Part shown: positions 27,235 through 32,540 of the stretch, one piece after another
How positions within the stretch are numbered: position 1 is the stretch's first letter
How the letters are laid out: each line of letters starts with the position of its first letter
NCBI GenBank assembly: GCA_047617745.1
Contig: JBLGBN010000009.1
Location: forward strand, 1 to 32,540
Reading direction: 5' to 3'
DNA: 32,540 nt
From: Candidatus Nanohaloarchaea archaeon
GTDB lineage: Archaea > Nanohalarchaeota > Nanosalinia > Nanosalinales > Nanosalinaceae
Position numbers and translations under genes: made by a program
The notes under the pieces: model-generated
What the model was told of the DNA's origin: nothing
The model's database searches: none
The model's input: the letters and a program-made list of their open reading frames with translations, nothing else

Positions 27235-29852
27235 TGAAACTCAAGACAGTGTTACTGGCTTTAACTCTGTTATTTTTTACAGGTTTTTCGTCAGCGGCAC
27301 AGATTAACAGTTTGCAGACCTTCAATCAGGGTAATGGAACTCAGGTATTCCAGATGAATCAGACTGTGGAATTCAGGTTAAACGCCACAGGCGCCGACAA
27401 CGCGACCCTGGATGTTTACGATTCGACGGATGAACTGATTGTGGATTCTGCGGCTTTCGAGCTGGTGAGTTCGGATAACTATCAGATATTTTCCTACAGT
27501 TATTCAACGGGCAATGAGAGCTTTTCAGGCGGTAACTGGAATGCAAGGGCCGAGGCCGTATCATACGACGGTTCACCTAACGCTACAGATTCGGAGAGCT
27601 TTCATGTTGCGACCGGAAAACCTAACTTCATCTCGTTAACCGCGGACCCGTTTCAGATAGGTACGGGTGAAAACCTCTCTGTTACCGCTGCTTTAACGGA
27701 TACAGGGACTGACCTGGAAGAAGTAAATATCACATTTCCGGGTATAGGCAATTTCAGTATGGAGCAGGAGGCCCAGGAAGATTACATATACGAGTACAGT
27801 TCAGAGATCGAAACACATGAGGATATGCAGGACGAATACACTGTCACCGCATTAGATTCAGGAGGGAGAACTGCTGTTGAATCAGGTGATTTCAGGTTAA
27901 GAGAGGAACAGGAAGGAACCGATGTGACTGTAGAAGTGGCGCCTTCATGTTCAAGCACGCTTGATTACTTCCTCGTCCCTGGTGATGGGGAAATAGTGCA
28001 GAACAAGACCGGTGTATTTGTCGAGATAATCGGTAACTCGGGAAATGTACAGTCAAATATATCTATAAATTACCTTGAGGTAACCAAGCAAGGCCAGGAT
28101 CCGTACAGCAGAGGAGATCAGAAAGGAAACATTGTCCAGTCCTACTCTGGAGAAGATTTTGAGAACGTTGCCGTCGGCTCATCTGTGACATACTTCAAAC
28201 TTTTCAACGCACAGTACCCGAAAGGCAACTACACAGGTTTCTCGGAGGTTACGACAGAGTGTCAGGCAGAAGGACCTGAAAACGAGCAGAGAAATGTTCA
28301 GCAACTTGAAAACGAGTTTAACTGCGATAATATAACTGTTAGGAGCTTCAACTGCTCCCGTGTAGAAGTTATAAGTGAGAATCTGGTTGACAGCGAGATA
28401 GAGCAGGCCAACTTTACCAATACTACCGGTGAAACGGTTGAGCCACAGGAACCCGGGACTGAGGGATACGAAACAGAGATCAGCCTGAACGACACCGCCT
28501 ATCAGGCGTTTGTATTCAACAGCGAAGACACGGACAGCTACGACTATTCATGTCTCTCTGATAATGATTCCATATACAGCGAAGACTCCCAGTGCGCCTA
28601 CGAATCAAATCTGCTCGGCTTCAAAGATATAGAGGTGAAGTCCATTGGGGCTGATGGTTCAAACGCAACATACTCTCTGAAGGACTCAAACGAGGAGAAA
28701 CTTAACACCTCTCTAAGCTGTGAGGATGAAGATAAAAACGACTCCGAAGCAACGTGTGACACCGACTTCCGATTTTTTGAACAGTTCTCCTTCTTCGGGA
28801 ACTTCGAGATTGTCGATGCGATAGGAGACGAGTCAGGAGGGGTTAACAATACCGGAAATCAGAGCACGAACCAGTCAATACCAGGGAACGATACCAATCC
28901 CGGAAGGACGAATGTAACTGTTCCGGAACCTGAGCCAGAACCCGAACCTGTACCTGAACCTGAGCCGACACCAGAGCCTGACCCGGTTGTAAGGATTGAT
29001 ATAGAGTCGATGAACGAATCTTACTCAACCAGACAGGGGAGCTTTGTGGCAACTGATTTCGAGGTAACCAACCTGGGGAACGTCCCACTGAATGATTTAC
29101 AGTTAAACTCTCTGGTACAGCGGATAAGAGGCGACTGGGATGTCCGAAATGCACAGGTAGAGAATCTATCGGTAAATGAGACTATTGAAAGACAGGTGTT
29201 TATACGGCCATCTGAGGATACCGAGCCCGGAAGCTATGTGGTTCCGGTAGCCGGACAGGATGATCAGAACAACACTCTCGATCTAGACTACTTCACGCTC
29301 AACGTTAAAGAGGCTGACTTCGTACCTAGAATAACCATCGCTGAGTCGCCTCAGACCTTGAATCTTGAAGCCGGTACATCGCAGCAGATCCCGGTACTGC
29401 TTCAGAACAATGGAAGAGTAGATCTGGAGAATATCAGTGCCCGTGTTCAGAACATCGATGAATGCGGATCGGTAAACTCCGGAGAGATAGATGAACTAAC
29501 GGTGAATAACTCACAGTCACTTGAGCTCGACTTTTCAGCCTCTGGTTCAACAGGGGAATGCGAAACCACACTTGTAGTATCTTCAGGTGGAGGGGCGTAC
29601 GCTTTCTCCGAGATTGACGTCGAGATAACCCCTGAAGCTGGTCTTATACCGGAGGAGCAGCGAGTACCTGTTATTGCGCTGGTCTGGACCTCGGTACTCA
29701 TGCTTTACGCATTCTTCACTAGAGAGTATGACCTTGAAAGCTGGACGGTTAAAGGACCCTTTATCGCCCTAGTTATGGGAGAGACTCTGATAATACTTTA
29801 TCTTATGGCTAACTACTACGGTTTCGCGGCTTCAGGTTTCCTCCCCTTCTGA
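27234..29852 (+). CDS. Membrane-anchored surface glycoprotein with Ig/CARDB-NEW3 (COG1470-like) domains, Cys-rich insert and PE linker
   Basis: GTG start overlaps the upstream TAG; signal peptide; VTNLGNVPL, LQNNGRVDL and EPGSYVV motifs; two C-terminal TM helices. Confidence 0.85.
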   Translation: MKLKTVLLALTLLFFTGFSSAAQINSLQTFNQGNGTQVFQMNQTVEFRLNATGADNATLDVYDSTDELIVDSAAFELVSSDNYQIFSYSYSTGNESFSGGNWNARAEAVSYDGSPNATDSESFHVATGKPNFISLTADPFQIGTGENLSVTAALTDTGTDLEEVNITFPGIGNFSMEQEAQEDYIYEYSSEIETHEDMQDEYTVTALDSGGRTAVESGDFRLREEQEGTDVTVEVAPSCSSTLDYFLVPGDGEIVQNKTGVFVEIIGNSGNVQSNISINYLEVTKQGQDPYSRGDQKGNIVQSYSGEDFENVAVGSSVTYFKLFNAQYPKGNYTGFSEVTTECQAEGPENEQRNVQQLENEFNCDNITVRSFNCSRVEVISENLVDSEIEQANFTNTTGETVEPQEPGTEGYETEISLNDTAYQAFVFNSEDTDSYDYSCLSDNDSIYSEDSQCAYESNLLGFKDIEVKSIGADGSNATYSLKDSNEEKLNTSLSCEDEDKNDSEATCDTDFRFFEQFSFFGNFEIVDAIGDESGGVNNTGNQSTNQSIPGNDTNPGRTNVTVPEPEPEPEPVPEPEPTPEPDPVVRIDIESMNESYSTRQGSFVATDFEVTNLGNVPLNDLQLNSLVQRIRGDWDVRNAQVENLSVNETIERQVFIRPSEDTEPGSYVVPVAGQDDQNNTLDLDYFTLNVKEADFVPRITIAESPQTLNLEAGTSQQIPVLLQNNGRVDLENISARVQNIDECGSVNSGEIDELTVNNSQSLELDFSASGSTGECETTLVVSSGGGAYAFSEIDVEITPEAGLIPEEQRVPVIALVWTSVLMLYAFFTREYDLESWTVKGPFIALVMGETLIILYLMANYYGFAASGFLPF
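28920..28985 (+). repeat. Pro-Glu dipeptide linker repeat
   Basis: Encodes VPEPEPEPEPVPEPEPTPEPDP with varied codons. Confidence 0.85.
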
Positions 29853-30389
29853 CTGTTGACTCCAGGATATCTGTAAAGTTCTGACAACTGTAGCAGAGAT
29901 AGCCAGAAACAGCCCTGTAGTAAAGAACTGTATATTTACCGTGCTTATTTCGAGGATTTCACCAAGATTGGTTATATCTCCAGTCGTGCTTAAGTTTATC
30001 GCCGTTGAGACAAGCAGACCGGTTCCAAGAGCAGTATAACCGGTCATTTTCAGACTGGAAACATTATGGTTCCTTAGGGTTACAAAGCTGAGATAGCCTC
30101 CTGACATAATAGTACTGAGGTAGCCTATGCTGTAGAAAGTCGCGAGCTGGGACGTGGTGGGCACACATACCGGTCTTACACTCCCGTGGATGCCGTTAAT
30201 ATTCAACCCCCATTCAAGCACATACTTGCAGTCTATGGCCTCCAGTACCACCATGTGGGAAAGTTCGTGGATAACAGGACCGATGACGAAAACTGAACCT
30301 AGAAAAACTGCTGAAGCGAAGATCTTTCTCCTGAAACTTTTTCGGGACTCCAGTCTCTCCATCTCTTTTACATGTTTCTCCGGGAACAT
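29832..30389 (-). CDS. HExxH membrane protein, M50/site-2-like zinc metalloprotease candidate
   Basis: GPVIHELSH at the end of TM1, further TM helices and a downstream GD; overlaps the convergent gene by 21 nt. Confidence 0.6.
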   Translation of the reverse strand: MFPEKHVKEMERLESRKSFRRKIFASAVFLGSVFVIGPVIHELSHMVVLEAIDCKYVLEWGLNINGIHGSVRPVCVPTTSQLATFYSIGYLSTIMSGGYLSFVTLRNHNVSSLKMTGYTALGTGLLVSTAINLSTTGDITNLGEILEISTVNIQFFTTGLFLAISATVVRTLQISWSQQSEGEET

Positions 30390-30393
30390 AGAA

Positions 30394-32418
30394 TCATCTT
30401 AAGTCATTAATTACCTTCTCTGCTGTATCTATAACGTCGTCAACGTTATTTACACGGACCTCCCCTCTGTAAGATTCGTCCATCGCGTTGAAGAACTCGA
30501 TAAGAGTCTCAATATTCTCATCTCTATTATCCAGGCTTTCCAGGCTCTCTGCCAGTTCGGCGTAGGTCAGTTCTCTGTCTATCTCCAGCAGGTACTCGAG
30601 ATAGCCCTTGAGAACCTGTGCTGTTTTGATTGCGCTTTCCCGTCTTTCCATTTCTCTGTAGCTCTCCAGAAGACCGATAACTTTCTCGTACTTGCTTTCC
30701 TTGTCTCCGTCTTCTTCGTCATCGTTACCTCTCAGTTTCTCCCATTTCTCACTGAACTCGCTCTTGAGATCGAAGTACTCCATAAAGTTGCCGTCGTCTT
30801 CCTCTTCCTCATCTCTCTCCTCGACGGCTCCCATAAGCATGTGGAGGTCTTCTTCGGCTTCCTTTTTGATCTCCTCTTCGGTTCTTTCCTCATCCTCTCC
30901 AGTGTTATCTTCCTTGTTTTCCTGCTGCTGTTCTTTCTGTGACTCTATCTCGGATTTCAGTTTCCTGAGATCAGAGTTACTCGACTTACGCAGCATCTCC
31001 TCGTTCACTCCATGTTCTTTCAGCTCGGATATAAGCTCCTGCCTCTCGGTTTTCTCCTGCTTTAGATCCTTCAGCTGTTCTAACGTTATCTCGTTTAACT
31101 TGGTATCATCCATTTCGACGCCAAGCTCATCCATCAGCTCTTTCTTCTCCTTTATCTCATCTATCATGTCGTGGAGTTGGTCCAGATCTTTACCCTCTAA
31201 GTCTCCGGAGCTGTAGCCGTAGGTAGCAAGTTCGGCTGCCAGTTTCTGCCTGTTATCAAGCCTTTCCTCAAAATCCTCCAGTTCATCGATATCTTTGCCC
31301 TGAAGCTCTTCAGGATCTACATCGTACTTGTCTTTCAGTTTCTTTCTCTTCTGCTCTCGTTCCTTCAGATTTTCCTCAAGCTCCCGCAGTTCCTCAAGGT
31401 TTTTGTCCTCCACTTCGGCCTCTGATATATCGTATTTTCCAAGTACTTCCTGTCTCTTGTTCTCCACATCCTCAAGTTCTTTCTCCAGTTTATGGAGCTC
31501 CTCGAGGCTTTTCCCTTCAAGTCGTTCCTCGTCAACGCCAAACCGGTCTTTCAGATCCTGTTTCTTGTCTCTTTTCTGCTCAAGCTTGGATTTTAGCTCC
31601 TTCAGTTCGGATGCAGTTTTCCCTTCTAAGTCCTCTTCTTCTAGTCCGTATTCGTTTTTCAGCTCCTCTTTAAGCTTCTGCTGCTCGCCTTCAATTATGT
31701 CGTTTATAGCCTGGTCTATCTCTTCGTCGCTTGAATCTGTTTCTCTATTACCTTTGTTTTGAGATTGAGTTCTGTTCGCTGTTTCTGGTTTTGGCTGCCT
31801 GTTAGGCTCCCGGGGCAAGGTTTGTGGAGTGGTCTGTGTTCTCTGGTTTGTGGCCTGTGGCGGTTGTTGCCGCTGGTTCCCTATGGGTGCGCCGGTTCTC
31901 TGAGGTTGCTGCCGTGCAGTGTTTTGGACCGTGGCTGTTCTCTGGGCTGGCTGAGGTTGCCCGCCCCTTAGATGATTTGCAGCTTCTGCTACCGGCGACT
32001 GACTGACTGGAGCCCTACCTACATGAGAAACACCCTCCACATGCTCTCCCTGTTCTGGAGCCAGTTCAAACTGGTGGCCGGCAAGGTTCAGCATCGGCAT
32101 TCTCTCCAGGTCGAACTTTATGCCCTGTATATCAGCTACAAATCGGGTTTCACCGTCTTCGTCCTCTACAACTTTTAGATCTCCGAGTTTTCTTTCCTCC
32201 ACTATCTGAGGATGGTTGTGATCCTCTAGCTGTCTTTTGAGATAGTCTGTGGCTGTTTTCCGGTTCTTTGCAGACTGTTCTGCCTTCAGTAGCCGCTTGA
32301 TTTCATCGTCGCTGAGATTGTTCTCTCTTACAAATTCTTTCAGGTCGGGGACAGGGCTTTCCACAAGGGAGATAAGTTCCTCGAGCTGAAGTTCTGATTC
32401 CGGTTTTTGTTCGGTCAT
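30394..32418 (-). CDS. Acidic helical-repeat protein (674 aa) with Q/P-rich linker and DUF4129-like C-terminal domain
   Basis: Start re-assigned to ATG 32418 (MTEQKPES) because a TATA-like CTTATTTAAGC lies 20-30 nt upstream and the upstream gene ends at 32451. Seven ~35-aa repeats; C-terminal LKGYLEY..ELTYAEL..ESY. Confidence 0.8.
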   Translation of the reverse strand: MTEQKPESELQLEELISLVESPVPDLKEFVRENNLSDDEIKRLLKAEQSAKNRKTATDYLKRQLEDHNHPQIVEERKLGDLKVVEDEDGETRFVADIQGIKFDLERMPMLNLAGHQFELAPEQGEHVEGVSHVGRAPVSQSPVAEAANHLRGGQPQPAQRTATVQNTARQQPQRTGAPIGNQRQQPPQATNQRTQTTPQTLPREPNRQPKPETANRTQSQNKGNRETDSSDEEIDQAINDIIEGEQQKLKEELKNEYGLEEEDLEGKTASELKELKSKLEQKRDKKQDLKDRFGVDEERLEGKSLEELHKLEKELEDVENKRQEVLGKYDISEAEVEDKNLEELRELEENLKEREQKRKKLKDKYDVDPEELQGKDIDELEDFEERLDNRQKLAAELATYGYSSGDLEGKDLDQLHDMIDEIKEKKELMDELGVEMDDTKLNEITLEQLKDLKQEKTERQELISELKEHGVNEEMLRKSSNSDLRKLKSEIESQKEQQQENKEDNTGEDEERTEEEIKKEAEEDLHMLMGAVEERDEEEEDDGNFMEYFDLKSEFSEKWEKLRGNDDEEDGDKESKYEKVIGLLESYREMERRESAIKTAQVLKGYLEYLLEIDRELTYAELAESLESLDNRDENIETLIEFFNAMDESYRGEVRVNNVDDVIDTAEKVINDLR
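30950..31680 (-). repeat. Seven degenerate ~33-36-aa helical repeats
   Basis: Consensus about L-x2-3-(Y/F/H)(G/D)(V/L/I/Y)-x3-4-LEGK-x-L-x-EL-x2-L, e.g. LKNEYGLEEEDLEGKTASELKEL, LKDRFGVDEERLEGKSLEELHKL, LKDKYDVDPEELQGKDIDELEDF. Confidence 0.8.
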
Positions 32419-32450
32419 TATACTGGAATGCGATGTGCTTAAATAAGATT

Positions 32451-32540
32451 TTATGGTATGATACTGAATCTGGTGCTTCCCAGTACCCATTCAAGAAGCA
32501 TAATTCCGACAGCCAGGAATATGAAGTACTGTGAGATATC
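32451..32540 (-). CDS. 3' end of a membrane protein, probably vWA/BatA-like (truncated; not in the ORF track)
   Basis: The minus strand reads DISQYFIFLAVGIMLLEWVLGSTRFSIIP*. The TM-LLEWxL..T....P* ending is typical of BatA-type vWA proteins. Confidence 0.6.
   Translation of the reverse strand, partial: DISQYFIFLAVGIMLLEWVLGSTRFSIIP

Noticed and set aside
30692..32178. Ser/Phe-rich plus-strand ORFs, and similar antisense ORFs over pheS, pheT, herA, truD and the surface genes
   Set aside because: They are shadows of Glu/Lys-rich (GAA/GAG/AAG) coding on the opposite strand.
32419..32490. N-terminal 24-aa extension of the 698-aa ORF
   Set aside because: It overlaps the upstream gene's last codons and the TATA-like box; ATG 32418 fits better.
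1..32540. CRISPR array, rRNA, transposase or DGR template/variable repeats
   Set aside because: I saw no regularly spaced direct repeats, rRNA signatures, transposase or reverse-transcriptase ORFs, or near-identical nucleotide repeat pairs. The protein repeats are highly diverged at DNA level.

Overview
This is a gene-dense archaeal window. The strongly acidic proteome, moderate GC, archaeal-type PheS/PheT, Pth2 and TruD, and TATA-like boxes about 25 nt before start codons fit a halophilic DPANN archaeon, probably Nanohaloarchaeota (inference). Left part: partial SpoIIM-family gene, pheS-pheT, a PspC-domain gene, ndk and an orphan HerA-like ATPase. Next comes an AT-rich, free-standing HTH+LAGLIDADG endonuclease gene whose stop codon lies inside a tRNA-Val(TAC) gene. 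That tRNA carries a 31-nt non-canonical D-arm intron and is followed by pth2 and truD. Middle: a GT-C glycosyltransferase, a GT2 synthase/thioredoxin-like/Cys-rich trio, a membrane-tethered HTH regulator and small membrane proteins. Right: a 14.4-kb four-gene operon of secreted glycoproteins. Two large unanchored adhesin-like proteins (1096 and 2548 aa) share a C-terminal module, and two partners are membrane-anchored. The window ends with an HExxH membrane protein, a helical-repeat protein and the 3' end of a probable vWA/BatA-like gene. Best candidates for new biology are the endonuclease/intron-tRNA unit and the surface-assembly operon. All family calls come from motifs read by eye; no searches were run.
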